This document shows positions 39,663-49,900 of a DNA stretch of 64,000 nucleotides, piece by piece (within the stretch, counting starts at the first letter, position 1; each line of letters opens with the position of its first letter). Both the position numbers and the translations under genes were made by a program. This DNA is from Planctomycetota bacterium. Lineage in GTDB: Bacteria > Planctomycetota > B15-G4. The stretch lies in assembly GCA_965248575.1 (NCBI GenBank), contig CBDFJQ010000002.1, positions 576,001-640,000 of the forward strand. Direction: 5' to 3'. The notes beneath the pieces are model-generated. The model saw only the letters and a program-made list of their open reading frames with translations, was not told the DNA's origin and searched no databases.

Positions 39663-40502
39663 ATGCACCGAACCCTCCGTTTGCTTTCCTGCCTGGCCTT
39701 GGCCGCCCTGCCTGCTTGCTTGGGCCCCTCGGGACAGTCCCTGAGCGCCAGCGAGTACCGCGAAATGGAGCGGCTCACGGCGGCACGCGAACCGAGCGCT
39801 TCCAGCGTCGAAGGTGCGGAGAAGGCCCGCCGTTCCCTGGACGACCGGAGTCGCCAGCTCGACGACCGACGCGCCGACCATTCCCACAACACCGCCAGCC
39901 TGGCGGGGCGCGTGACACGGACGGATCTCGAGCACGCCACTGCCCTGGCGGACGAGACACTGGCCCTGTCGGCAGCCCAGCGGGAGCTGGTGCTGGCTCA
40001 GGAGGACCTGGCTCATTTCAAGACCGTGCTCATGGATCGGCGGATTCGGGCCAGCGAGCTGACGCTGCAGTCGTCCGAGCACGGCCTCTTGGAGACGCGC
40101 GAAGAGCTGGCACAGTTGGAACTCATGTACGGGGCATCTGAGCTCGGCGACTCCACCGCCGAGATCGTGCTGGAGCGCACGCGTCGTCGCCTGATGTTGT
40201 CGGAGTTGCGGCACAAGCTGCGTGTACAGGAAGCGGCGGAGCTGAAGTCGCGCACCCTGCCCCGTGAGCTCGCGAAGCTGAAGACCGCGCTCGTACAGAA
40301 GACCGTGGCCAATGAGAACACCAAGCGGCGCTTGGATCGTCAGGCTATGGAACGCGCTGCAGCCACGCGCGACCTCGAACACGAACAGCGGAAACTCGAG
40401 CGGGAGACGGCCGCCATCGGTGAAGAGGCGCGACTCCTGGATGTCGACCGGCGCAAGTGGAACCGCGAGCAAGACGACGCACGACGCGCGGGAACGCCCT
40501 GA
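39663..40502 (+). CDS. Hypothetical coiled-coil lipoprotein
   Basis: Lipobox LPAC; E/R/L-rich heptad-like helical sequence; TGATG coupling to the next gene. Confidence 0.7.
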   Translation: MHRTLRLLSCLALAALPACLGPSGQSLSASEYREMERLTAAREPSASSVEGAEKARRSLDDRSRQLDDRRADHSHNTASLAGRVTRTDLEHATALADETLALSAAQRELVLAQEDLAHFKTVLMDRRIRASELTLQSSEHGLLETREELAQLELMYGASELGDSTAEIVLERTRRRLMLSELRHKLRVQEAAELKSRTLPRELAKLKTALVQKTVANENTKRRLDRQAMERAAATRDLEHEQRKLERETAAIGEEARLLDVDRRKWNREQDDARRAGTP

Positions 40503-41788
40503 TGTTTCTTCCAGTGATCGGAAGGGCCTTCGGCGTCGGGCTGCTCATGGCTGCGAGTCCGGCCTGGGCCCAAGACGCCACGCCCACCGCACCCACGGAT
40601 CCGCGGCTGCTGGTTCACCTGTCGCCCGAGGAGGTGCTGGAGACTGCGGACCGGGATCAAGGGCCGATCCTGCTCCCGGACCGGGAGGCGATCTTCGACT
40701 CCATGAGCCAAGGGGTTGAGTACCTGCTCTCGTCCCAGAACGACGACGGGAGCTGGGGCAGCTGGGACGAGCCGGCGCACGCCTTCTGGAGCAACCCCCA
40801 CAGCCACTTTGCCTGGATCGCCGGCACCACGGGCTTGGGGCTCATGTCCTTGCTTGAGCAAGCCGAGGACCCGCGTCTGGCGCAGGCCTGCGACCGGGCC
40901 GTGGACTTCCTGACGAAGCAGGCGACGCTCAAGCGTCCCTCCGATTGGGATGTCGACAACACCTGGGGTTGCCTCTATGGCCTGGCCGGCTTGTCCGAGG
41001 CCCTGATGACTGCGCGCTTTCAGGCGGACGAGGAGCGGGCAGCTGCCATGCGTGCGAAGTGTGCCGAGTACATCGTGCAACTGTCCGGGTTGCAGGCACC
41101 GGATGGCGGGTGGGGGTACTACGACTTCGACACCTTGGCGCAGCGGCCGAGCTGGAGCACGAGCTTCATGACGGCGGTGGGTGTGCTCGCCCTGATCCGG
41201 GCAGAGGAGGTCGGTGTTCAGGTGCCCGAAGGCATGTTGGAGGCTGCGGTGGTCGCTGTCGAGCGCTGCCGCTTGCCGACAGGTGCCTACACCTATTCCG
41301 TCATGGCGGTCCCATCGCCAGGCGGCGTGGGCCGCATCAATCGCATGCAGGGCTCCCTCTCTCGGGTGCAGGTGTGCAACCTGGCCCTGCGAGTGGCGGG
41401 CTCGGATCTGGTGTCCCACCAGGACCTGCTGGACGGGCTGGATGCCTTCTTCGAGCACCACCGCTTCCTGGACATCGCTCGCGGCAAGCCCATCCCGCAC
41501 GAGGCCTACTACCAGAACTCCGGCTACTTCTACTTCTTCGGGCACTTCTACGCAGCGGGGGTCCTGGACCTGCTCAACCCCGCGGAACAGAGCCGCTACC
41601 GCTCGCGCCTGGCGCGAGAGGTGGTGAAGACGCAGGAGGCCGATGGCTCCATGTGGGACTACTACTTCAACACCTACCACAAGCCCTACGGCACATCCTT
41701 CGGCGTCATGACCTTGTTGCGAACGCTGCCTCGGGAGCGCAGTGATTGGAGTCGAGCTGAGCCAGGACCGACCGAGGGCCAGCGCTAG
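40502..41788 (+). CDS. Exported prenyltransferase/squalene-cyclase-repeat (alpha/alpha barrel) protein
   Basis: Signal peptide (AWA-Q); QW-type motifs YLLSSQNDDGSWG, LQAPDGGWGY, TQEADGSMWD. Confidence 0.8.
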   Translation: MFLPVIGRAFGVGLLMAASPAWAQDATPTAPTDPRLLVHLSPEEVLETADRDQGPILLPDREAIFDSMSQGVEYLLSSQNDDGSWGSWDEPAHAFWSNPHSHFAWIAGTTGLGLMSLLEQAEDPRLAQACDRAVDFLTKQATLKRPSDWDVDNTWGCLYGLAGLSEALMTARFQADEERAAAMRAKCAEYIVQLSGLQAPDGGWGYYDFDTLAQRPSWSTSFMTAVGVLALIRAEEVGVQVPEGMLEAAVVAVERCRLPTGAYTYSVMAVPSPGGVGRINRMQGSLSRVQVCNLALRVAGSDLVSHQDLLDGLDAFFEHHRFLDIARGKPIPHEAYYQNSGYFYFFGHFYAAGVLDLLNPAEQSRYRSRLAREVVKTQEADGSMWDYYFNTYHKPYGTSFGVMTLLRTLPRERSDWSRAEPGPTEGQR

Positions 41789-42357
41789 CCGTCGTCTGGT
41801 TTCGCCGGCTCGGTTGGGGGCTCGGCGTCCGGCGCGGGGTCGAGTTCGCCGGGCTCGCCGGGTGGCATGCCGTCTGGGCCCGCGGTTTGTTCGGTCTTCG
41901 TTTCGTCGGCGACGTCTTCCCACACTTTCTGTGCTTCGGCTGCCTTCTCGGCAAAGACGCGCATGAGGCTGCGGAAGGTGACGTCCTCGAACCCCATGGC
42001 GCGCGCCGTGGTGTCCACGAACATAGCGAGGGCGCCAATCAGCAGGCCGCCGATGAGCGTCGCACCGAGGAAGAAGCCGGCGCCCCGGGCCAGGCCGGAC
42101 ATGAAATTGACGAAGAGCAGTCGCCGCTTGCTGCCCAGGATCTGGAACAAGCCGTGGACGTCCGATTGGGTACGCATGACCACCCGGTCGTGGATCTTGT
42201 CGACCCGCTCCGAGAGGGCATCAATCTGATCGTCCGTGAGCGAGCTGGCCGGCTGGGGTGCTGCCAGCTCGGGAGATGGGGGCGCCTCCACGAAGTCGTC
42301 TGGCGTCGATGCAGGAGGGGGGGCGTCTTGGGGAGTCTTGGGCGTCTGGTCGCTCAT
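41785..42357 (-). CDS. DUF5665-like membrane protein
   Basis: NFMSGLARGAGFFLGATLI motif; Pro/acidic termini. Confidence 0.7.
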   Translation of the reverse strand: MSDQTPKTPQDAPPPASTPDDFVEAPPSPELAAPQPASSLTDDQIDALSERVDKIHDRVVMRTQSDVHGLFQILGSKRRLLFVNFMSGLARGAGFFLGATLIGGLLIGALAMFVDTTARAMGFEDVTFRSLMRVFAEKAAEAQKVWEDVADETKTEQTAGPDGMPPGEPGELDPAPDAEPPTEPAKPDDG

Positions 42358-42415
42358 GCTGGGCATCATCCGGGCCGAACGGTCGCGCGTCCATGAACCC
42401 ATTCCCGCTCCCTGC

Positions 42416-43342
42416 TCAAGGAATCGGGTGGGGGCTGCTCTGAGGGGTGCCGGGGCCGGCGTCGAGTCGTGCCCGGAGGGCAGCAATGTCCTGCGGGCTC
42501 GTGCCACAACATCCGCCGACGATACGAGCGCCCTGAGCAATCCACTCCAGGGATGTTTGCACGAAGGTCTCGGTTGTGTGTTGCGGCTCTCGATCAAACA
42601 AGGTGTTGGCGTAGGCACCAAAAAGGGGCGGCCGGTCCCGGAGCGCGGCAAGCGCTGGGAGGAGCGGGCTGATCTGCTGCGCTGGACTGCAGTTGATGAG
42701 GAAGGCTTCGGCACCGAGCTGGGCAGCCTGGGACACGGCTCGCTTCCAGCTGTCCCCCGAAAAACAGTCGGCGTGAGGTCCCAGCGTGATGGCTGCCCAG
42801 ACCGGGAGGCCGGTGTCGTGCGCGGCTCGAACGGCGCTTTCCAGCTCATGCAGCGTGGGCATGGTCTCCACAAGCAGCAGGTCCACACCTGCGTCCACCA
42901 GGCAATGCGCCATGGCATGGTGCTCGCCGTCGAGCTCCTCCTGTGGAGGTGTGAGATCCGGGCGGTAGCAATCTTCGAGGGGCGCCATGCTGCCGGCCAC
43001 CCGACCGGGCAGCGGACTGGCCGTGGCACCCACGGCCTCGCGACAGACCCGGACCGCCCGCTGGGTGAGCCGCTCCCAGGGCGTGTCGTCGCCTGCCTGG
43101 GCCAGGGCTCGGCGGGAGGTTCGAAAGGTCGCGGTTGTATGGACGTCAGCCCCGGCCTGGACGTAGGCCGTGTGCACGTCCAGCACCGCCTGGGGGTGGT
43201 CGCGCACGATGGCTGCGGACCAGAGTGGCGGCGGAAGCGCGTAGCCCGCGCGCTCGAGCTCGCTGCCCATGGGGCCGTCGAGCAGGACCAGATCAGAGGC
43301 GGACTGGGTGGGGGTCACGGGCGCGGCGGCCGTTCGGTTCAC
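42416..43342 (-). CDS. Homocysteine S-methyltransferase family protein
   Basis: LLDGPMGSEL, LWSA, YVQAGAD, LLLVETMP, INC and GGCCGT zinc ligands; start uncertain. Confidence 0.9.
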   Translation of the reverse strand: MNRTAAAPVTPTQSASDLVLLDGPMGSELERAGYALPPPLWSAAIVRDHPQAVLDVHTAYVQAGADVHTTATFRTSRRALAQAGDDTPWERLTQRAVRVCREAVGATASPLPGRVAGSMAPLEDCYRPDLTPPQEELDGEHHAMAHCLVDAGVDLLLVETMPTLHELESAVRAAHDTGLPVWAAITLGPHADCFSGDSWKRAVSQAAQLGAEAFLINCSPAQQISPLLPALAALRDRPPLFGAYANTLFDREPQHTTETFVQTSLEWIAQGARIVGGCCGTSPQDIAALRARLDAGPGTPQSSPHPIP

Positions 43343-43410
43343 GGGAGGAGTTCGGGTCGGGCATCTTGCCACGGCCCCCCAGATGGCTGAACTGGGAGTG
43401 CGTTGGGATC

Positions 43411-43520
43411 GAACCAGGGTCGAACCAGGGTCGAACCAGGATTGAACCGGGATTGAACCGGGATTGAACCGGGATTGAACCGGGATTGAACCGGGATTGA
43501 ACCGGGATTGAACCGGGATT
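43411..43520. repeat. 11-bp tandem repeat, 10 units (2x GAACCAGGGTC, 1x GAACCAGGATT, 7x GAACCGGGATT)
   Basis: Read directly from the sequence; intergenic, between divergent genes. Confidence 0.97.
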
Positions 43521-43540
43521 GAAGTTGTGGGCTTGGCAGG

Positions 43541-43573
43541 TCGAACAGGTGTTTGATACGATCGTTTGAAACA
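43541..43573. promoter_or_regulatory. Putative PsrA-like TetR operator(s): TCGAAC-AGGT-GTTTGA and TGTTTGATACGATCGTTTGAAACA
   Basis: 43550-43573 matches its own reverse complement at 20/24 positions; resembles the CAAAC-N2-4-GTTTG PsrA box; lies about 80 bp upstream of a PsrA-like TetR gene. Confidence 0.7.
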
Positions 43574-43655
43574 AAGGCCGGAGGCGCAGACCCCCGTCCG
43601 ATCCAGTTCTAGGCGACAGGTCTTGGTGACCGGGCCCCCCTCGCAGGTTCCTCCC

Positions 43656-44288
43656 ATGGCGAATGACTCCAGCACGCGCGAGCGGCTCCTGGATGCGGCC
43701 GAGCAGGTGATGGCTGAACGGGGATTCAATGCTGCGAGCCTGCGCCAGATCACCAGCCGGGCCGGAGCCAATCTGGCTGCCGTGAACTACCACTTCGGAT
43801 CCAAGTTGGAGTTGGTCCAGGCCGTCTTCGCCCGGCGCCTGGGGCCCATGAATGCGGAACGCCTGGAACAGCTGGAGGCTGTCATGGCGGAGGCCGGGGA
43901 CGGGCGCCCTGACTTGCGGGGGATCCTGCGGGCCTTCTTGGGCCCTGCCCTCGGCATGGGGCGCAGCGAAGGCCGGGAGTTCTTCGTCATGGTGGCGCGC
44001 GCGCACTCAGCGCCGAACGTTGAACTGAACGAAGCCTTCGTGTCCCAGTTCGGCGAGGTGATCGAGCGCTTTCGCGAAGCGCTTCAACGAGCCCTGCCGG
44101 GTGCGCCCCTGAGCGATGTGTTCTGGAGCCTGCACTTCATCATCGGCGCACTCTGCCACACGGTGGTGAGTACACACTTGCTGACGCTGGCGACCAACGG
44201 GCTCTGCACCGATGAGGATGGCGATGCGGTGCTGGAGTCGCTCGTGGACTTCGCCGTCGCGGGCATGCGGCGCGGAGAAACGGCATGA
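43656..44288 (+). CDS. TetR family transcriptional regulator (PsrA-like)
   Basis: TRERLLDAAE..AERG....SLRQITSRAGANLAAVNYHFGSK..L..AV..RRL...N.ERL. Confidence 0.92.
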   Translation: MANDSSTRERLLDAAEQVMAERGFNAASLRQITSRAGANLAAVNYHFGSKLELVQAVFARRLGPMNAERLEQLEAVMAEAGDGRPDLRGILRAFLGPALGMGRSEGREFFVMVARAHSAPNVELNEAFVSQFGEVIERFREALQRALPGAPLSDVFWSLHFIIGALCHTVVSTHLLTLATNGLCTDEDGDAVLESLVDFAVAGMRRGETA

Positions 44289-45760
44289 CGTCGCGCAATC
44301 GGTTCGGCCTGGGTCTGCTCGTGCTGCTGAGCTTTGCGTGTGCGGGCCCGGGGGAGCGCACAGAGCGTGGTCTGGATCTCGAGCTGCCCGAGGCTTGGGC
44401 CAGCGGCGAGAAGAGCGAGCCGCTCGAGGGCGTGGACACCACCTGGTGGCGGGAGCTGGTGGACGACGAGTTGCTCGCGTTGGTGGACGAGGCCTTGGAG
44501 CACAATGTCGATCTGCGAGCTTCTGCCGCACTGATGTTCGCGTCGGAAGCCAGCGCACGGGTGGAGGGTGCCGCGGGCTTGCCGGATGTCAGCGTGGGCC
44601 TCGATCGCAATCGCACCAAGCGCAACTTCATTGGTTTTCCAACGGGTGGAGGAGGCGGCGGTGGCGGCGTGGCCGTCAGCCGTTCCACCACCTTCGAGCT
44701 GGCGCTCAGCACGCGCTGGGAGGTCGACCTCTGGGATCGCCTGGGCAGCCGTGAGCGGGCAGCCCAGGAGGAGAGCTTTGCGGCTTGGGCTGACCATGAG
44801 TTCGCGAAGGTGTCCCTGGCCGGGGCCGTGATCCGCACCTGGTACGAATTGGTGGAGGCCCAGAAGCAGGTGGAGCTGGCGCTGAAGACCCAGCAGACCT
44901 GGAGCGCCAGCGCTGATCTGATCAAGGGACGCTACACCGGAGGGCTGAGCCCGGCGCTGGACGCGCGCCTGGTCCTGGTGGAGCTCGAACGGGCGACCGC
45001 AGAACGGGTGCGCCTTGAGCGGCTGCAGTCAGAGGCGGCGCGCACCATGGAGCTGCTCTTGGGGCGCTACCCCAAAGGAGAACTCGAGGCAGCAGGCGAC
45101 TTGCTTCCGCCGCGGGAGCAGGTCCCCGCAGGATTGCCAGCTAGCCTCATTGGGCGTCGCGCGGACCTCTTCGCAGCTGAGCGACGGCTGGTCGCGGCGG
45201 AGGCGCGGGTGGATGCCTCCCGCGCGAGCTTCTATCCGAGCCTGGTGCTGACGGGTGCCGTGGGGACATCCAGCACCAAGCTCTCGGACTTGCTGGACGG
45301 TGACTTCGGTGTCTGGCGTCTGTTGGGGTCACTCGTTCAGCCGCTCTTTGAAGGGGGGCGTCTGCGGGCAGAGCTCGACATCTCGGACGCGACGGCAGAG
45401 GCTCAGTTGGCGCGCTTCGCTGGCCTGGTACTGGCGGCGTTGGCCGAGGTCGAGAACGCGCTGGCGGCCGAGAGCAGCCTGGATGAGGAACTGAAGCGGC
45501 GCAGTGCCGTCGCAGATCATGCGCAGCACGCGCGCGACCTAGCCCGGGAACGCTACAGCCAAGGCTTGAGCGACGTGAGCACATGGCTCGATGCCCAGCG
45601 CACGGCGTACGTGGCGGAGTCCTCGTTGATTCGCTTGCGGCGTCTGCGACTGACGTCCCGGGTCCGCCTGCACCTGGCCCTCGGGGGGGGATTCTCCGCT
45701 CCGGAGCAGCCAGGGCAGCCCGGTTCGCGAGAACCACAATCCGATGCAGAGGGAGAGTGA
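44285..45760 (+). CDS. RND efflux outer membrane factor lipoprotein (NodT/OprM-like)
   Basis: Lipobox FAC; WWREL.D..L, WEVDLW, PAGLPASL..RR.D, FYPSL, LHLALGGG. Confidence 0.93.
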   Translation: MTSRNRFGLGLLVLLSFACAGPGERTERGLDLELPEAWASGEKSEPLEGVDTTWWRELVDDELLALVDEALEHNVDLRASAALMFASEASARVEGAAGLPDVSVGLDRNRTKRNFIGFPTGGGGGGGGVAVSRSTTFELALSTRWEVDLWDRLGSRERAAQEESFAAWADHEFAKVSLAGAVIRTWYELVEAQKQVELALKTQQTWSASADLIKGRYTGGLSPALDARLVLVELERATAERVRLERLQSEAARTMELLLGRYPKGELEAAGDLLPPREQVPAGLPASLIGRRADLFAAERRLVAAEARVDASRASFYPSLVLTGAVGTSSTKLSDLLDGDFGVWRLLGSLVQPLFEGGRLRAELDISDATAEAQLARFAGLVLAALAEVENALAAESSLDEELKRRSAVADHAQHARDLARERYSQGLSDVSTWLDAQRTAYVAESSLIRLRRLRLTSRVRLHLALGGGFSAPEQPGQPGSREPQSDAEGE

Positions 45761-45763
45761 CCC

Positions 45764-46993
45764 ATGGGTCGTGCCGTTGGAATCCTGAGAGCCACCTTGC
45801 CGATCCTGGTGCTTGTGGGTGCTGGGCTCATGGTGAAGGCCATGCTCGACTCCCGGGAGGAGCCGGAGAAGCTCTCGTCACCGCCCCCGGCACCCCTGGT
45901 TCGGGCCATGCGCGCCAGTTCGCTCGACGTGACGTACACCGTGATGAGTCAGGGCGACGTCATGGCGCCCACCGAGAGCCGGTTGATCCCGCGCGTGTCC
46001 GGGCCCATCGATTGGGTGGCTCCTGAGTTCGTGGTCGGGGGTTTCTTCAGACAGGGCGACGTGCTGTTGCGGCTCGACCGGCGCGATCACGAGTTGGCGG
46101 TGGTCGAGGCAGCAGCGAAGGTGGCAGCTGCAGAGCTCGCGCTCGCGCGGGAGCAGAGTGAGGCGGCAGTTGCGCGTGCGGAGTGGGAGGCCCTGGGGGA
46201 AGGTGAGGCGAGCCCCTTGGTCCTGCGAGTTCCGCATCTCGCCGAGGCACGTGCTGGGCTCGCGGCAGCTCGCGCTGCCGCGGAACTCGCACAGCTGAAC
46301 CTGGATCGGACCGAGCTGCGGGCTCCCTTTGACGGTCGGGTGCGGACGCGCTCGGCTGACCTGGGGCAGATGGTCAGCCCCACGACGGAACTCGCGACGC
46401 TCTACGCCATCGATCGGGCCGAGGTGCGCTTGCCGGTGCCGCACGGGGAGCTGGAATTCCTGGACCTGCCGCCGGCCTTTTATGGCCAGGCAGCCGGGCT
46501 GGAAGACGGCCGGATCGAGGGCCCCCAAGTCCGACTGACGGCGCGCTTTGCCGGTCATTCGGGCTCCTGGCAGGGCCGCCTGGTGCGCATGGAGGGCGAG
46601 GTGGACCGCTCCTCCCGAATGGTTCATCTGGTGGTCTCGGTGGACGACCCCTATGGCCGTTTGCAGGAGGTTCCGCCGCCCATTCCCCTGGCGCTTGGAC
46701 TGTTCGTGTCCGCGGAGATCCGCGGGCGGGAGAAGAGCGATGTGTTGGTGCTGCCCCGTTCGGCCATGCGCCCCAACTCGCAGGTCTTCGTGGTGGACGA
46801 CGAAGGGCGACTGCGCTTCCGTACCGTGCAGGTCGCCCGGATCGAAGGGGAGCAGGTGGTCCTCGCTTCAGGCATCGAGGACGGCGAGCAGATCTGTGTC
46901 GGCATCCTGGAGACTCCCGTCGATGGCATGAGCGTGCGCGTGGAACAGGCGACCAGCAGCGGCTTGCCCGCCGCGCTCGAGATCAAGCCATGA
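45764..46993 (+). CDS. RND efflux periplasmic adaptor subunit
   Basis: N-terminal TM; PRVSGPI, GDVLLRLD, TELRAPFDG.V, GLFVSAEI. Confidence 0.92.
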   Translation: MGRAVGILRATLPILVLVGAGLMVKAMLDSREEPEKLSSPPPAPLVRAMRASSLDVTYTVMSQGDVMAPTESRLIPRVSGPIDWVAPEFVVGGFFRQGDVLLRLDRRDHELAVVEAAAKVAAAELALAREQSEAAVARAEWEALGEGEASPLVLRVPHLAEARAGLAAARAAAELAQLNLDRTELRAPFDGRVRTRSADLGQMVSPTTELATLYAIDRAEVRLPVPHGELEFLDLPPAFYGQAAGLEDGRIEGPQVRLTARFAGHSGSWQGRLVRMEGEVDRSSRMVHLVVSVDDPYGRLQEVPPPIPLALGLFVSAEIRGREKSDVLVLPRSAMRPNSQVFVVDDEGRLRFRTVQVARIEGEQVVLASGIEDGEQICVGILETPVDGMSVRVEQATSSGLPAALEIKP

Positions 46994-49900
46994 AGGCCGC
47001 CATCGATTGGGTCGCGGAGCATGGCGTCGCGGCCAACATGCTCATGGCCGTGATCCTGGTGGCGGGGGCTGTCGTACTCCCCGGCATCGAGCAGTCGGTC
47101 TTTCCAGAGGTGGACTCCGGCCTCGTGACAGTGACCGTGGAGATGCGCGGCGCTGCGCCGGAGGAGGTGGAAGAGGGCGTCTGCATCAAGGTCGAGGAAG
47201 CGGTGTCAGGCATCGAAGGTGTGAAGCGCATCACCTCGAGAGCGGTCAGCGGCATGGGCACCGTCACCATCGAGTTGGAGAACGACGCGGAGCCGCGCGA
47301 CGTCATGGACGACGTCAAGTCCGCCGTGGATGCCATCGACAGCTTCCCGGAGAACTCCGAGAACCCCGTCGTGGCCGAGTTCGAGGTGACGCGTCAGGTG
47401 ATCAACGTGGCGCTCTCCGGGGATGTCCAGGAGACGACCCTCGTGCGCCTCGGGGAACGGGTGCGCGATGACTTGCTCGGGCTGGCCGAGATCAGCTTGG
47501 CGAAACTGTCCAACGTCCGACCCTACGAGGTCTCGATCGAGGTGTCGGAGGCCGAAATGCGGCGTTACGGACTGACCTTCGATGAGTTGGTCGCAGCGGT
47601 CCGGAGTTCGTCGCTGGATGTGTCCGGTGGGTCGGTGAAAACGGATGGTGGCGAGATCCTGCTGAGGGCACGGCACCAGGCCTACCGTCAGGCGGAGTTC
47701 GAAAAGCTCGTGCTGCGCACCGGCAACGATGGCTCACGCCTGACGCTGGCCGACGTCGCTTCGGTGGTGGACGCCTTCGAGGACACGGGGCAGTCGGCGC
47801 GCTTCGACGGGCAGGCGGGTGTCCTGGTGCGGGTGTATCGCGTCGGCGACCAGCGGGCCCTGGACATCGCGGACGCCGTCTACGCGTATGTCGAAGAGGC
47901 CCGGGCCGACCTCCCCGAAGGGGTGGAGCTGACGACCTGGCAAGACGATGCGCGCCTGTTGCGCAGTCGCCTGGACCTGCTCCTGGACAATGGGCGCACG
48001 GGACTGCTGCTCGTGTTCCTGACCCTGGCGCTGTTCCTGCGCTTGTCTCTCGCGTTTTGGGTCACGGTGGGTATCCCGATCTCGTTCCTGGGGGCCGCTC
48101 TCGTCATGCCGCTGCTGGGGGTCTCCGTGAACATGATCTCCCTCTTCGGCTTCATCGTCGCCTTGGGGATCGTGGTTGATGACGCCATCGTGGTGGGGGA
48201 GAACATCTACGCTCATGCGGAGAAGGGCAAGAAGGGGCTGGTCGCCGTTCTTGCGGGGGTGCACGAGGTGCGCACGCCGGTGATCTTCGCGATCCTCACG
48301 ACCATTGCAGCCTTCTCGCCGTTGGTGGGGATCCCCGGCATCATGGGTGACTTCGTGTCCCAGCTGCCGTTGATCGTCGTACCCACGCTGTTGTTCTCCT
48401 TGGTGGAGTCCCTGTTCATCCTGCCGGCACACCTGGCGCACCTGGGGGAGCGCAGGAAGAGCAAGGGCTTCGGCCTCCTGCGGCTCTGGGAAAAGGTCCA
48501 GGACGCCGTGACGGCAGCACTCGAGAGATTCGTCCAGCGCGTCTACACGCCCTTCTTGGGCATCTGCATCCGCTGGCGGTACCTGACGCTCGCCGTCGCA
48601 TCTGCCTCACTCATGCTGACGTTCGCGGGCTTCGGAGCTGGCTTCGTGAAGTTCCATTTCTTCCCGGACGTGGAGGCCGACAACGTCGTGGCGTTCGTCA
48701 CGATGCCCCAGGGCACGCCGGCCGAGGTCACGGCAGCTGCAGTTGAGCGCATCGAGCGGGCCGCCCTGTCCCTGCGGGATGAGGTGGAAGAGCGGGAAGG
48801 CGGGGCCGTGTTCCGCCACGTGCTGGCTTCGGTTGGTGACCAACCCTTCCGGAATGACCAGGGCCGGGGTTTCGGAAAGGCTGCAAACTTCACGGGCGCC
48901 CACACCGGGGAAGTGAACATCGAGCTGGTTCCGAGTGAGGAGCGGGTCGTGGGTTCCACGGAGCTCGTGGCCGAGTTGCGAGAGCGCACCGGGCCCATCC
49001 CTGGGACGGTGGAGCTGATCTTCAGCAGCAACCTGATGTCCACCGGTGACGCCATCGACATCCAGCTGACGGGCACGGACCTCGCGGCCCTGCGACAGGT
49101 GGCGGACGAACTCAAGCTGCGGCTCCGGGACTACCCGGGTGTCTCCGACATCTCCGACTCCTTCCGCTCGGGCCAGGCCGAGCAGCGCTTGGAGATCACG
49201 CCCGAAGCAGAGAGCCTGGGGCTCACGCGTGCCGATCTCGCGCGCCAGGTGCGCCAGGGCTTCTACGGCGAGGAGGCGCAACGCATCCAGCGCGGGCGCG
49301 ACGAGGTTCGGGTGATGGTGCGCTACCCCGCAGATGAGCGCCGCTCGCTCAGCCATGTCGAGAACATGCGGGTCCGCTTGCCGGATGGTGCGGAGGTACC
49401 GTTCAGCACCGTGGCACTCGTTGAGGAAGCCCGGGGTGATTCAGTGATCCAGCGCTCGGATCGCCGCCGCAGCCTGAACGTCACCGCCGATGTGGATCTC
49501 GCCGTCAACGACCCCAATCTGGTGCTCGCGGATCTCCAGGAGTCCGTGCTTCCGCAGCTGCTGGTTGATCACCCGACGATGTCCTACAGCCTCGAGGGCG
49601 AGCAGCGGGAGCAGGCCGACACCGTGGGCGGCATGATCCGCGGTTTCCTGCTGGCGTTGGTCATGATCTACGCCCTGCTGGCGATCCCCTTCCGCTCCTA
49701 CCTGCAGCCGGTGATCGTCATGTTGGCGATCCCCTTCGGCATCGTTGGCGCGATCTGGGGCCACCTGTTCATGGGCATGTCCCTGACCATCATGTCCTTG
49801 TTCGGGGTGGTGGCGCTGACGGGCATCCTGGTGAATGACAGCCTGGTGATGGTGGACTTCATCAACAGCCGGCGCCGGGAGGGGGCCGCGACCTTGAATG

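Noticed and set aside
38066..40141. 691-aa + strand ORF (likewise 25079-26815, 33157-34995, 40340-41923 and 61770-62993)
   Set aside because: Antisense or out-of-frame shadows of well-supported genes
43411..43520. CRISPR array
   Set aside because: The units are contiguous 11-mers with no spacers, and there are no cas genes in the window
43343..43771. N-terminal extension of the homocysteine methyltransferase ORF through the repeat (SRFNPGSIPVQ repeats)
   Set aside because: The frame is open only because the minus-strand repeat has no stop codon; it would overlap the operator and the TetR gene
44645..44668. Poly-Gly tract in the outer membrane factor as a phase-variable repeat
   Set aside because: Mixed Gly codons (GGT/GGA/GGC), in frame; more likely a flexible loop
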